Source: Eledone cirrhosa
Taxonomy: Eukaryota
Direction of reading: 5' to 3'
Length of the DNA stretch: 64,000 nucleotides
Assembly (NCBI GenBank): GCA_964016885.1
Contig: OZ024745.1
Location: forward strand, 118,730,001-118,794,000
Shown: piece by piece, positions 1 through 13,669 of the stretch
How positions within the stretch are numbered: position 1 is the first letter of the stretch
Layout: every line of letters starts with the position of its first letter
Translations under genes and position numbers: made by a program
The notes under the pieces: generated by a model
Databases searched by the model: none
What the model was told of the DNA's origin: nothing
The model's input: only the letters and a program-made list of their open reading frames with translations

Positions 1-367
1 CATTGGCCTTGCAATCGAAAGGTTGTGAGTTCAATTCTCAGACCGGGTGATGTGTTGTTTCCTTGAGCAAGACACTTTATTTCACATTACTCCAGTTTAC
101 TCAGCTGTAAAAATGAGATGATAAGACTGAGGTCCCTATCATTCCACTGCAAAGTGGTCGTGGAGGTGCCACGGCAAAAAAAAGCACCCAGCCCACACTG
201 TAATGTGGACGTGTAGGCGCCACGGAAAAAAAGCACCTAGCACTCACTGTAAATGAGGTTGGTGTTAGGAAGGGCATCCAGCTGTAGAAATCAAGCCAGA
301 ATCAGTTCCCGTCCCACCCTTGCAAGCAGAGAAAAGCGGACGTAAAATGAAATGATGATGAATGATG
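1..367 (+). mobile_element. tRNA-headed SINE with RTE-derived 3' tail (5' end runs off the window)
   Basis: B-box-like GAGTTCAATTC at ~27 and core 'ccttgagcaagacactttatttcac'. The 3' end 'gtcccacccttgcaagcagagaaaagcggacgtaaaatg..gatgatg' matches the RTE 3' end at 26012-26063. Confidence 0.75.
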
Positions 368-1119
368 ATATATATATATATAGAGAGAGAGATAGATACA
401 CACATACATACATATATAATCTTTAATGATCTAAACTTAAAATACTTCTTGAAATATCTATTTACAGCAATACTATAAAGCAACACCAATAACCATAAAA
501 AACTATACTCCACTTAGACAGCAATAATATCCTTTCACCTCCTATGGGAGCCAATAACAGAACTGTATATGATCACAGAATTGGCTAAACACAGCAGTTA
601 GATTGCACCTATATCATACTCTACTGCCTTAAAAATAGGAAGGACATATTGGACAATGCATTCCTAAATGTAGTACTCATTGCCCTGCAATTACTAGGTT
701 TCACCTTTTCATTGTGGTGCATTGCTGGGTATTACTAGAAATGCCAAGAAAAGCACTAACAAAGGTTAACAATAACATCAACAATCCCCTTAAGGCTAAG
801 TAAAACTATGTCAGAGAGGACACAAGTGGAAAAGCGAGGGTGCAAGGTGCAAATTCAATGCTGCAGGTGGCAGAGAACAGTGTCTGATAACTAAGATATG
901 TTTTTGTTTGTTTGCTCTTAAATCCTCCATGCAATGAAGGTTGACATATTGCAGCAACAACAACAAAGCCAATTGAAACAGTAATAATAAAAAAAAAATT
1001 TGTAACAATACAATTTTTCAAAGAGGATTAAAGTTTTAGGAATACCATATCTTCTTTCATGTTAAATATGTATATATATTGGATGTTCATCAGGTTCAAG
1101 GATGAGTACCAGAGTTGTT

Positions 1120-1385
1120 TGAGCAATGGAACAGCCTGCTCATGGAATTAATATATAAATGGCTGAGCATTCCACAAATATGTGTACCCATAGCAGAATT
1201 CTCAGGGAAATTCAGTATGCCACATTGTGTGACAAAGCTAAACACTTCTATTACAGGTACAACTCATTTGTACAATGGAAAATAAAATATTTTATTCAGG
1301 AAACACAACACGCTACTAGGAATCGAACTCATGATGTTATAATCATAAACAAAATTCCTTAGCCACAAAGCCACATGCCTTCGCA
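1120..1385 (-). mobile_element. Degenerate SINE of a second family (similar copies at ~14830-15150 and ~18140-18415)
   Basis: Shared blocks 'ggctgagcattc', 'ctcagggaaattcag' and 'tgtgacaaagct', plus a reverse B-box 'ggaatcgaactc'. Confidence 0.55.
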
Positions 1386-2276
1386 CTATTAAAATATATA
1401 TAAACCTGCCAGAGACACTTCCGTACGAGCGAGACACGGTCTCTCAACAATTCCGGCATCAGATGAAACAAAACCATCTAACCCATGCTAGCGTGGAAGA
1501 TGGACGTTAAACGATGATGATGATGTACTATGAAAAGAGCAATGGTGTAATTATTTCAATTGTGAGGTCGTGAGTTTGATTTGCAGACCAAGCAATGTGT
1601 TATGTCCTTGAGCAAGACATTTTATTTCACATTGCTCTTTCTGCCAGGAGTTGCAACCAGTAGATAATATCAGCAATGGAAAGACCAATGGAAACATTGT
1701 TTCCTTGGTTCAATCTGACTAGTTCCATTCCACCTGGTAAACCAATGAGGTCTGAGATCTTGTCAATCAATTTTAAAAAATGTTGTTAATGATTTTGACT
1801 ATTGCAGCTGTCTGTAAGAGTTAGATAAGTACCAAATTTCAGGAATATCTAAACTCCTCAGATGTGTACTGTCTCAGTTAAATTCTTTTAGCTCCTTATA
1901 GTTTAAAATATAATTTCTATTTCTGCTTTACATTCTAAATGCTACTAAAAATATATTGCGCATCTGATATAAAAAGGGGTCTTAAATTGCATACCCTAGT
2001 CAAATACCATCTAACACAGGGAGCTACTGAACTGTTACACACTTTTGTATTTTAGAATGTCTCAGAAAATATGCATTTCATGAGAAAATCTTCATATTTT
2101 AAACCCCAGTGACAACTGAACATTTCAATAATATACTAGCAACAGCAACATAACATTGCCTTTAATAGGAAACCAAGAGTTATTTCAATCTCAGTCAGCA
2201 TATGAAAAAAAAGGTTCTTGTAATGATATACTTTCTTCTTTTATTTTTGTTTTTATTATTCTTTGTATAGGTAAGG

Positions 2277-2490
2277 GCAGTGGATTGGCAGTATCGGTAG
2301 AGAGTCGGGCACCATGCTTTGCTGCATAGAGTTACGGCCCTTTACGGTCTGAGTTCAAATCCTGCCGAGGTTAACTTTCCCTTTCATCCTTACGGGGGTC
2401 GATAAAATAAAGCACCAGTAATGTACTGGGGGTCGACTTTCCCCTCCCCCAAAATTACTGACCTTATGCCTATACTAGAAATCCTTATTC
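2277..2490 (+). mobile_element. tRNA-headed SINE with Meta-SINE-like core, the dominant SINE family. Other copies: ~2500-2650, 8775-8990, 12775-12895(-), 15480-15650, 16248-16670, 18652-18840, 35396-35520(-), 57760-57972(-)
   Basis: A-box-like 'tggcagtatcggtaga', B-box 'gagttcaaatcc' and core 'gccgaggttaactttgcctttcatccttacggggtcgataaaataaagtaccagt', repeated more than 15 times in the window. Confidence 0.8.
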
Positions 2491-3559
2491 TTTGTATAGG
2501 TGGTGAATAGGCAGATTCATTCAAACATCGGATAGACTGCTTTGCGGTATTCATTTTGACTCTCTTCTCCCCGAGTTCAAATCCCACCGCAGTCTATTTT
2601 GCCTTTCATTCATTCAAGGTCAATAAAAAAAAAAGTACCAGTCTATTACTTGGATTGATTCTTCCTCTATATCTCTTTCTCACTTCCTTTCTCTATCCTT
2701 CTCTGGAAGAAATCTGCTGTGTTCAGTCCTCGAGAGGGATGGCCCTGGCAAGTTTTTAAAATGCCCCAGGAACACAGCATGTCAATATGACGCCTCCACA
2801 ACTCCATCAGGAGCGACAGAACCATGTATACATTCTTTGTATGTATTGGATATAAAATGTTAATTCTTTCCCAAATAACAATGGTGTATATGGCCTACCA
2901 CTTAATTTTTGGGGGGGTTATACGGGTGAAAGAGAAATAAATCCCTTTTTTTGATAAGGCGCTTGTTTGTTATATGCTGCTTTTTTCTCTCCACAGGAGG
3001 AATTCAACTTTCTGCAGTTAATGTGGCTTTCTATGCTTGCTAGAATGTGATGGTTTTTACAGTTGTATACCCTTCTTATTGATAACCTATCAACTCTGCA
3101 ATAAGTTAAGTGTGAGACCTGTACATTGTTCAATCAGGTAAACTAAACCAATCAAAGTCAGATGCTTTTTACTGAGGCACAGTTCAATGGAAGTAGTAAC
3201 TTCTAAACTAATGAACATGCAGTAAGTACTCCACCACACATACATATGATCATCATCATTTCCATGGGTTGGATAGGTCCTTTCCAGCACATCCTCTCTC
3301 CACTTATCTCCTCTGTGAGGTTCACTGTTTTGAGATCAGCTCAGCTGCAGCTTTCTTCCACTGACACTTCACACAGAGTTCATCCTCCATATGCAACACA
3401 TGTAGAAACCAGTGCAGTCTTCTCACACACCATATCTGATTCCTCATATACCCAGCTGGTTCATGTACACTAACATTATACATCCAACATAAAAATTGTG
3501 CTAATGAAGTAATAGAGAGACATAGTAATGTGAGAGTTCACTTGAATTCTACCCATTAA

Positions 3560-3774
3560 CCCTTTAACATTTAAACTGGCCATATCCAGCCAGGATCCTC
3601 TCCTTTTTCTGTTCAAACCAGCCGTAATCAGCTGCTAATACTGATATTAAGGTATTGTTCTCAAAATAAATAATATCAAAATCTCATAGATTCGATATTA
3701 TGTGAGATAATTAATTGAGATAAAGCCTTTACCATGAAAATACAATAATATAGAGTAATGTAAATGCTAGTGGG
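3560..3774. mobile_element. piggyBac-type MITE
   Basis: TTAA on both sides; terminal inverted repeats ccctttaacattta...taaatgctagtggg; homologous to 4345-4561 and 10678-10898. Confidence 0.75.
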
Positions 3775-4344
3775 TTAATAATACTAAAAGATAGTTTTCC
3801 ATTAACTGTTATTTGTAGACAAGGTTTGAGCATCATTGCAGCCAACATTACAGTGTCAAATCTTCCTACATCACCTTCAAATGTTTCATAGCACTGTTCC
3901 TGTTGTATATATAGTGATGTTTGTCTGGATATCCCAGAGACAGTTAACCAGTTGTTCTTCTTATACATCAGCTGTGACCAAACTAGTTGACTCTTCTCTT
4001 CTCCTAATATCATACAGCAAAAAGATGGCCTCGTTTTGAATACAATAGTGCAATTTATTAATGCAGTCAATCAACTATACATTGTTCACACTTTTCATGA
4101 CAATAAACAGTAACCTCATCATGGTGTCAATTTACTTCAAGTAGGATTTTGTTAAATCTATTTGACAAGCCATAGCCATGATACACTGTTGAAGACAAAA
4201 TGTAACTAATGTTGATCTTGAGAACATCTTATTAACTTGGTCAGTAACAACTCAACTTGGACACTCAACAATATATATATGGTTGAGTGAGAAATCTTTA
4301 TTAACCCTTAACATTCTGTAATGATTTAGTAGAAAATACCTTAA

Positions 4345-4759
4345 CCCTTTAGCATTTAAACTGGCCATATCCGGCCAGAATTCTCTCACCTCTTTCAGTT
4401 CGAACTGGTCGTAATAGGCTGCTCATACTGATGTTAAGTTAATGTTCTCAAAATAAATGACATCAAAATCTCATAGGTTCGATATTATGTGAGATAATTA
4501 TGTGAGGTAAAGGCTTTAACACAAAAATACAATAATATATAGTTATGTAAATGCTAAAGGGTTAAGCTGGCTGTATCCGGCCAGAATTCTCTCACCACTT
4601 TCAGTTCAAACCAGTTGTAGCCAGCCACTCATACTTACATTGAGATTTTGATATTAATTATTTTAAGAAAAATACTTTAGATTCGATATTACATGAGATA
4701 TTATGTAAGATACCCCAAAAATACAATAGTATATATAGAGTAATGTAAATGCTAAAGGG
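4345..4759. mobile_element. piggyBac-type MITE (4345-4561) followed by a tandem partial copy (4566-4759)
   Basis: ttaa|ccctttagcattta...taaatgctaaaggg|ttaa gives perfect 14-bp TIRs with TTAA TSD. The second copy lacks the left TIR. Confidence 0.8.
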
Positions 4760-4883
4760 TTAAAATAGGCTTGTTAATTCAAATGTTTTATAGTATTTTT
4801 ACTAGAGGAAAGATCATTGTAAAAATTTGCACTAAATTAAAGTAAAGACTTCAATATTTAATGTTATGCAGTGCTGTTTGGTA

Positions 4884-7250
4884 TTTTTCAAGTCAGTTAA
4901 GCTTCCTGAGATCCCACTACATTTCTTGTGTACCCATTGTTTGCATTTGGGGCAGAGAATGGAGTTCCTACCTACACCTTTCCTACATACTGAGCAAGGC
5001 CATTTCCCTGAGGGGATCTGGGTTCTGTTTTCTCATCTACTTACAAGGACCTTAGTCTTTGTCAGGTTGACTTTGAGACCCTTTCTTTCGAGTCCCTGCT
5101 TCCAAGTTTGGAATTTCTTCTCTAGTTCTACCATAGATTCAGCTATAAGTGCGAGGTCAGCTGCATACAGGAATTCCCATGGGCATCCGGTCTTAAACTC
5201 CTCCGTTATTGCCTGCAAAACTATGATGAACAGGAGAGAGCTAAGAACAGAGCCCTGGTGAACACCAACCTATATGCTAAATTCCTCGCTATAGTCATTG
5301 CTAATCCTAACTTTGCTGACTGCTCCCCTATACATGGCTTGTACTGCTTTCACAAGCCATTCATCTACTCCTAGTTTTCTAAGAGCCCACCAGATTATAG
5401 CACAGGGAACTCTGTCAAAGGCTTTCTCGAGATCGACGAATGCCAGGTAGAGCGGCTTACTTTTAGCTAGGTATTTTTCCTGTAACTGCTTCCCAAGGAA
5501 GAGAGCATCAGTGGTGCCTCTTCCTGGCACAAACCCAAATTGCATCTCATCTAGTTTCACCCGGTCCCTAATCAACTGTGCTATAACTCTTTCTGTTACT
5601 TTCATGACCTGGTCCATCAGCTTTATACCTCTATAGTTTCCTCTATCTAGTGCATCACCTTTACCCTTGTAGCAGTTGACAATGATGCTGCTGCACCAAT
5701 CCTTTGGTATGACACCTAGTATTACCTGGTTAACAATATGTGTGGTTATGGTGTGACCTACCGACGCAGATGCCTTCGGCATCTCGGCAGCTATACCCGA
5801 TGGGCCGGTTGCCTTCCCCGTCTACATATTTTTGATTGCCTTACTTACTACGCTGCTGCTGACTTGTACTGCTGGCCCCTCTATAGGGTCTACTTGGTGT
5901 AGGGTCTCTTCTTCCCATGCATTCTCCTCATTTAGTAATTTTCATAATGGCTCTTCCACGCATTTTTCTTCTCAGCACTTGTGAGGGCAAGCTCACCTTT
6001 ATCATTCCGGATACACTTCTCTCCAATGACATCACAATTCTCTCTGACACACTGCCTCACAATCTTGAACACCCCCTGTTTCTGGTCCTCACATTGCAAA
6101 ACATGCTTGAATTTTCTATACTCCGCTTCCCTTCTAGCTAAGTATACTTGTCGCCTAGCTGCCCTCCTGGTCGCTATGTAATGTACCCTGCTTCCTCCGT
6201 TTTCCATTCTTTCCATGCCTTTCTCTTGGCCTTAACTACCTCATCTACCTTATTGTTCCACCACCAAGTCATTCTCCTCCTGCCTGTGGTCTTACTCCAG
6301 CCACAGATCTCATCCGTTGCCTTTAGTAAGTTATTTTTTGGGAACTGCCAGTGCTCTTCTACACCGAATGTCTCTCTATCTGTTCTTATTTACTGTCATA
6401 GGCGTTGAGTAAAATATCTTTAAATCTGTTACTGGCTGAGGGGTCTTTCAGCTTCCAGATCTTTCTTCTCCAGGTTGGCTTCTGTTTCCAGGTTCATCTA
6501 GTTCTGACTGTGAGGTCGCTGACAACTAAGTTATGTTGGGAGGTACATTCTTTACTAGAGAAGGCTTTTGTGTTTACGACCGTCCATCTGTCACGTCCTC
6601 TGATGAGGATAAAATCTATCTGACTAGAATGCTCCCCTGATCTATAGGTGATCAGATGGTTGTCGGGTTTTTTGTAGTTTGTGTTACATTTCGACATGTC
6701 ATTGGCATCACAGAATTCTAGAAGCCTGAGGCCTTCTTCATTTCTTGTGTCAACCCTGTGGCCTCCATGGACTCTATAGAAGCCGTCACAGTGTTTACAT
6801 ACATGTCCGTTAAAATCTCCTGCAATGATTAGGAAGTCATTGTCGTTTGTTAGAGTAGTAGTGTGCATTAGGGACTTGTAAAACCTATCTTTAAGTTCGT
6901 CTGGCAACCCCGATTGGGGTGCGTAAGCTGATATTATTGTGGTAATTGTTTTATTCAGGACTAGTCTGAGTTTAATGATTCTTGCATTCACCCTGTTCAC
7001 TGAGATTACCGTATCTACCTATTTGTCAGCTAGTAGGATACTTACACCACCCATCCCATCGTCATTTCCCACCCAGAAATATTTGTAGCACTGACTTTTC
7101 CCTACAAGGACTCTAGCAGACTCTCCTCTCCATCTAGTCTCTTGCACACAGCATACATCAATTTCCTTTCGCTCTAGCATCTCTACAATTTCTCCTGCTC
7201 TTCCTTTCATTGTGCTTACATTGATGGTTCCAACTCGGAGTTTTGGGCAT
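4884..7250 (-). mobile_element. RTE-clade LINE, decayed: APE endonuclease, reverse transcriptase and Cys/His finger; 3' truncated
   Basis: APE motifs 'GTINVSTM', 'CVQETRW', 'AYAPQ', 'GDFNGHV' and 'QIDFIL'. RT motifs 'NYRGIKL', 'QFGFVPGRGTTDA', 'FVDLEKAFDRVP' and 'LYAADLAL'. Multiple stops and frameshifts. Confidence 0.95.
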
Positions 7251-7336
7251 ATATATATATACTCATACATATTTTTATGTATATATATATATATATATTT
7301 ATATATATGTGTGTGTGTATATGTGTGTATATATAT

Positions 7337-7392
<56 letters not shown>

Positions 7393-7405
7393 GTATGTGT
7401 CTATG

Positions 7406-7436
<31 letters not shown>

Positions 7437-7439
7437 GTC

Positions 7440-7491
<52 letters not shown>

Positions 7492-9559
7492 CACACATAC
7501 ATATATTGTTGATATTGTTGGCATACGAGTGACTGGGTGGTGACTGGGTGGTTGTGTGTTGGAGAGTTTCCATGTGATTGTTATTATTGTGTAGTGAAGG
7601 TTTTGATTGTCTTTGTATGGATAGCATACCACTCTGTAAAGAGGTACACAGACAACAATGAGTATACTGTAGTGATAAGAGTTTTGGTTGTTGGCATTTG
7701 CTGCTTGCTTGTCTGTCAACATCGTGATAGTAGTTGTTGTAGCAGCAGCAGTAAAATGAGAGCTTGTTACTCTGAGGGTTAGAACTATTCCTTATACACC
7801 AATTGTGGACTTTCACAATATGACACCTCCAGTCTATTTATGTACCCTTAACCTCTTTGTGGACCTCAAGAAGAATTGAACTACAAGCTAATGAAACCTT
7901 CAGGTTTACGATGCTGTTGTTGCTTAACCCTCTTGGTGCTGTGGGTGAATGAATGCGCCATAGAGTAATCTCCCTTTAACACATAATACAGTATCAAGTG
8001 AAATAATTCATAAAAGAAATTCAGCCTCTAGCAGGTTAAAGTACCTTTAGAACTTTACTTTAACTATGTGAATTTGACTCTTCAATATTATGTGTGCTGT
8101 TGTTGTTTTCATGGCTACAATGTAGTGTCAATGACAAGATATTTTACTCATTATCATGAGACTTACAGGTGATAACCAGCTGAACTTTACTTTTTTGTCA
8201 GGAAGTGCATCTTTTTAATATGCTTAAACTATATTAGATTAGTGGCATAGGGCATAGTAAATTGTGACAAGTTACAAAAACTAGGCTCACTGAAATATCT
8301 CAAGTCCATTTATAAGTTGATTTAATTCCAAGGCCAATACGAAACTTGGTTTCAACTAAATTTTTTTTTAAATAGTAAAAATATTTTTGCCTAATATCCA
8401 ACAATGAATACCTTGATTATTAATTATTTTTTTAAATATAGGAACACATACAGACTTGCACCTATCTGATTAATATCCCAAAAGGATGAAAGCTAAAGTG
8501 AACCTAGTAGGATTTCAGCTGAAGATATGGTGAAGCAGAACAAATGCTGTTAGACATTTTACCAAATTTAATCCTTCTCTGTTGTTCTACTCATCTCCCT
8601 GATCAAAATAATTACCATAAAAGAATTTCTAACATGGGATCAATGAGGTCATAGACATTGTAGATGGTACAGTCAATCAACCCCTTTGATACCAAACTGC
8701 CCTAAACTGCACCTCGTTCTATTATATGACCTTATATATATATATAATTTTATATAAACTCTTGTTACGCTACCTATGGCAGTATCAATAGAGTGTCGGT
8801 GGTCAACATGCTTAGCTGCATGGAGTTATGGCCCTTTACGTCCTGATTTCATATCCCGCCGAGGTTAGCTTTGCCATTCATCCTTACAGGGTCAATAAAA
8901 TAAAGTACCAGTCACTACACAGGGATCAATTAAATCGACTTTCCTCTCCCCAAAATACTGCTGTCCTTGTGCCAATAGTAGATATCATTATACCACCATT
9001 TTAACAAATATGTTGCTATGGTGACAAAAACTCAAACTAGATCTGCTAATTTGAATAATTTTTGTGCTTATGACTGTTGATGGGTATATAAAGCCTTTAG
9101 TTATATATCTATCAGTAGATTATAAGAGATGTACAATGTTCCTGAAGATATTCCCAACAGCACCTGAAATTCTGGTCCAGCTGTTCATCATTTTCAATCT
9201 GTGGTGAAATATATAAATAAGACATGATTACATAGACATTTCTAGCAGCTTCAGTTAAATCCGGTGCTGTTTGTATACAGATATAAATTTATAGCATACT
9301 TCAACTGCTTAGTACATCATCATCATTATTTAATGTCTATCTTCCACGCTAGCATGGGTTAGACGGGAGTTGTCCCAATTTGAGGCAAGATTGGTCGGGT
9401 GACCGTGTCTTGCTTGTATAGGACTATCTGGCAGGTTCTCTATGGCTAGATGCCTTTCTTAACACCAACCACATTTACAGTACATAATTTAATACTCAGG
9501 GTGAGAGGGGCTTTCAGGATATTTAATTATCAGTATATTACTCTCTTTAAACTAATTAA

Positions 9560-10650
9560 AAGTATTTTATTTGCATTAGGTCCCCCATGCAGATGACAGA
9601 CTCATTTTTGCAATATGTACAGAACACAGTAATTTAGAAATCATTAACTTTCTAATTTCTAAAGGTTGCAAGATCTTTTGTACACAAAGTTCAGATGAAA
9701 TTGGAAGCCTCTGGCAAGAATGTTTCAACTGTATCAAAAAGAAAAAAAAAAATTCTAAACGCTCGGACACGATAAGGAAACTGCAACAGTTTGAAAATGA
9801 TAATCCCAAAAAATCAAGAGGTCCATCAACAAAAAACTTCATGTTGGAGTGGACTATCGGAACTATGGTGCACAAAAACTAACAATATAAGTGGTATATA
9901 CTGAGGAGAAGCTAATTCATGTCTGCAATGACACAGGAAAACAGTTTGATCCATACCAAGTGGTTATGTAATAAGGTTAAAAACACTCACGAACATGGCA
10001 TACTTACATTTTTCTCTGATGAGAAAAAGCTTCAACCAAAACCAAAACTCTAATCAGATGGTTAAGTGCCGATAGTTTGACTATCTCCAGAGTGACGCAC
10101 ATTAAATTACCATCATTAAGTTACTGTGATGGTTTTAAGAGTAATGTGTAACAGAGGTCATGTCATGCCACCTCATATTTTTCCATAGTCTAGGAATTAA
10201 TACAGCTGGATATGATGAGATGCTGGAGAGAGTTGTTAAGTTTTGGATGGATGAAGTACGCAATGGAAGGCCATACGGGTTACAACAAGACTCATCACTT
10301 TCTCACGAAGCTCACATAACCCAAGAATGGATGTCAAACAATATTTACAATCATGTAACACCAAAGTTATGGCCTCCAAGTGCACCATATTTAAATTCCA
10401 TGGGCTACTACATTTGGCCCATTGTTGAAAGGGAGACTAGCTGACATCCTCATAATACCATAGCTTTATTGACGACCACCATTGTCCAGGTGATGTCCGA
10501 AATGAATAAGGACCATTTAGTGTAGGCATGTCAACAATTCCTGTCCCATATTAAAGCAGTCATCAAAGCTGAAGGCAAATTCATAGAATAATCTTATAAG
10601 AAAGCTTATGGAGAACATGTGCAACATTTTTTATCAAAATACATTTGAAT
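9560..10650 (+). pseudogene. Tc1/mariner-superfamily (DDxD-type) transposase relic
   Basis: 'FFSDEKK' at ~10010 and ORF 10160-10444 'LQQDSSLSH...WPPSAPYLNSMGYYIW' (compare QQDxAPxH...WPPxSPDLNPLDY). Boundaries approximate. Confidence 0.85.
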
Positions 10651-10677
10651 TTTGGTAGATTAGAGTTGTTCTATCAA

Positions 10678-10898
10678 CCCTTTACCATTTACATTACTCT
10701 ATATTTACTATTGTATTTTCATGGTAAAGGCTTTATCTTACATAATTATCTCACATAATATTGAATCTATGAGATTTTGATATCATTTATTTTGAGAACA
10801 ATACCTTAACATTAGTATGAGTGGCCAGTTATGACCAGTTTGAACAGAAAGAGGGGAAACAATTCTGACTGGATATGGCCGGTTTAAATGCTAAAGGG
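10678..10898. mobile_element. piggyBac-type MITE, opposite orientation to the 4345 copy
   Basis: Same TIRs and internal sequence in reverse complement; tcaa/ttaa flanks. Confidence 0.75.
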
Positions 10899-11252
10899 TT
10901 AAACTACCAAATGTAATAGACGCTTGCCCAAGTTGGTGCACGGTGGAAGGGAACGTAGGATCATATGGTTACGAAGTGGTATCCCTAACCACACAGCCAC
11001 GCCTGTACCTATGTATACATAAGCAATTCTTAGTCTTTCTACTCGGACCCTGTGTTTACCTGTTTGTCTCCCTTGCTGGATAACTGCCAGCCATTTCTCA
11101 CTCTCTTCTTCACCCTAATTCACCTCTCTATGCTTAATGTATTTCATCCTCTTCCACCTCTTTTAACACAGCCCCTGTCTTCTCTTTTAATGCTTCTAAG
11201 GCATAACAAAGAGGGAACCCAGCCACCAACAAAAACAGCCCTATGTTTTAGC

Positions 11253-11333
<81 letters not shown>

Positions 11334-11519
11334 TAGAAGTTGTATTTAATTTGTTGGAAGTCCGACAAACATAAATGTTTATAACTGATTTAGAGCACTC
11401 AGCAGATTAATGGAGTAAATATTCAATGATATTAAATAAATGGAAACTATATCCAGTGAATTTCCAACCGATAAGGTATGATTTTCATGGGTACGTCTCT
11501 ATTTATAAAACAAACTTTG

Positions 11520-11585
11520 TATTTTATCTGATGAAAGCGTACCAATGTTGTCTTGGTTTGCTCTTGAAATATATATAATAAAATA
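11520..11585 (+). ncRNA. Type I hammerhead ribozyme motif (family A)
   Basis: tattttat-CTGATGA-aagcgtaccaa..ttggtttgctctt-GAAA-tatata-TA-ataaaata: 8-bp stem I, stem II, palindromic stem III and an AUA triplet. Confidence 0.8.
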
Positions 11586-12182
11586 AATATGGTTTTATAA
11601 ATATAGTTTCCATTTATTTAATAATATCATTGATTATATATATATACACACACACACGTTTATATATATATACGTTTATATTAAATTTATTAATATTTCC
11701 TAAAGATTATTTATTTTCCACGTAGATCTGTTACAAATTCTTCAGTTTAACTGACATGTACATATAGTGAAGAGAGAGAGAGAGAGAGAGAGAGGTGAGG
11801 AAGTGAGAGGGGGAGAAAGAGGGAGATAGAGAGAAGAAACCAATAACAGCCATGGGTGGAATTGTTAACACATTAGAAAAAGGGAGAAAAAGGAATCTAA
11901 AGAGTCACAAACTGAAAATACAGAAATATTTGCCAGAAATTCTATCGTAGTCGAAACAACATACAGTATGTATGTATATATATATATAAGTTTATCCCGA
12001 CTTCAATCGGGGGTAACCACAATAAGTAAGGTACTCAATAGATAGAGTATAAATATTTGATATGGAAATGGTTTCTACAGGACTAGAACTGTTTCATTCT
12101 GGAAAATGATTTCTTCCGAATGAAACAGTTCTAGTCCTGTAGAAGCCATTTCTATATGAAATATATATATACACACATATAT

Positions 12183-12229
<47 letters not shown>

Positions 12230-12656
12230 TTTGGTAGGACAACGATCTCCTCTTGTCAGAGAAAGAGACACATGCGCGCGTGCGTAGAAAATATTAATAG
12301 AATTTCTTTTCTATTTTTTTTTCTTTCATTTTTCCATTCAACTGCTGCAGTTGTACCTTTGCTATTACTGCTAATATTAATGTGGTGCAATAGTAGACTG
12401 ATTATTACATAGTGTGCAATAACCTCATTGCATAAATTGCAACAGTTTCAGTTTTTTCTTCTTTTTTGCTTTGCTATCTGTCATAACTACAGCACACCCA
12501 CACAGTTCCGCACAGACATATACCCAGTTGCACTTTTAATTTTCTGACATCGCAATAAAATAGTAAACACACTCGTAATAATATCTATAGATTGAACTCA
12601 GTAAATTGAAGTTTTTAAGTTTTTCGACTAACTGTATTACATTTGTTAGAGTCTAC

Positions 12657-12728
<72 letters not shown>

Positions 12729-12931
12729 AAACTAACACATGTGATATGTATGTATATATATAATGGTTTCTTATATAGGCACAAGGCCAGCAATTTGGGG
12801 AGAGGAGAAGTCGATTAAATCGACCCCAATGAGTGGCTGGTACTTTATTTTATCGACCCCGTAAGGATGAAAGGCAAAGTTAACCTAGGCGGGATATAAT
12901 GGTACACTAACACATGTAATATGCATATATC

Positions 12932-12995
<64 letters not shown>

Positions 12996-13377
12996 CAGTT
13001 GATGAAAGTTGGTTGATCAAAAATCTGCTGCCCTTTTCGTAAACAGGGATGAAGTACTCAATGATTTGTATTCCTGATGTATCATCCGGCGTTTTTGTAT
13101 AATAAATAAGAGAGACGGTTTTATTCGTACATCGTCAATTTATTACCTAATTTCATTATAACGAAGATGTACGAATAAAACTGTCTCCCTTATTTATTAT
13201 ATATATATATATATATATATATAACGAAGGAAATGTGGTAAGGAACCAGGTGGACCATAACGCACCAAAGTACTCAATACTTAGGGTAGTAGAGTGGGTA
13301 ATAGGAACGAGTAGGACCCCGACGGCTGAGCTCAAGCTGTTTCTGGTCCAGAATTAGCCGTCGGGGTCCTACTCGTT

Positions 13378-13420
<43 letters not shown>

Positions 13421-13459
13421 ATATTAAATAAGTGGAAACTATATTTATAAAACCTTATT

Positions 13460-13521
13460 TATTCTATTATATATATTTCAAGGGTACCAAAAACTTTGGT
13501 ACGCTTTCATCAGATAAAATA
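13460..13521 (-). ncRNA. Type I hammerhead ribozyme motif (family A), left arm of a palindrome
   Basis: Reverse complement reads tattttat-CTGATGA-aagcgtaccaaa gtt tttggtaccctt-GAAA-tatata-TA-atagaata. Confidence 0.85.
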
Positions 13522-13568
13522 CAAAGTGTGTTTTATAAATTTTGACATAGCCAAGGAAACACACTTTG

Positions 13569-13630
13569 TATTTTATCTGATGAAAGCGTACCAAAGTTTT
13601 TGCTACCCTTGAAATATATATAATAGAATA
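13569..13630 (+). ncRNA. Type I hammerhead ribozyme motif (family A), right arm of a palindrome
   Basis: CTGATGA at 13577, GAAA at 13611, stem I tattttat/atagaata. Confidence 0.8.
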
Positions 13631-13669
13631 AATATGGTTTTATAAATATAGTTTCTATTTATTTAATAT

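Noticed and set aside
2975-3050. Strong-looking splice acceptor ctgcttttttctctccacag
   Set aside because: All frames stop within ~17 codons and there is no recognisable protein or partner exon. A non-coding or terminal exon cannot be excluded without RNA-seq.
9115-9220. Possible minus-strand exon after 'tttcaccacag', and a 38-bp candidate at ~41848-41886
   Set aside because: Short, with no recognisable homology; splice-like signals arise by chance in AT-rich DNA.
10016-10040. CTGATGA heptamer (also at ~6600)
   Set aside because: It is the Ser-Asp-Glu codons of the transposase (and LINE antisense at 6600), with no flanking stems.
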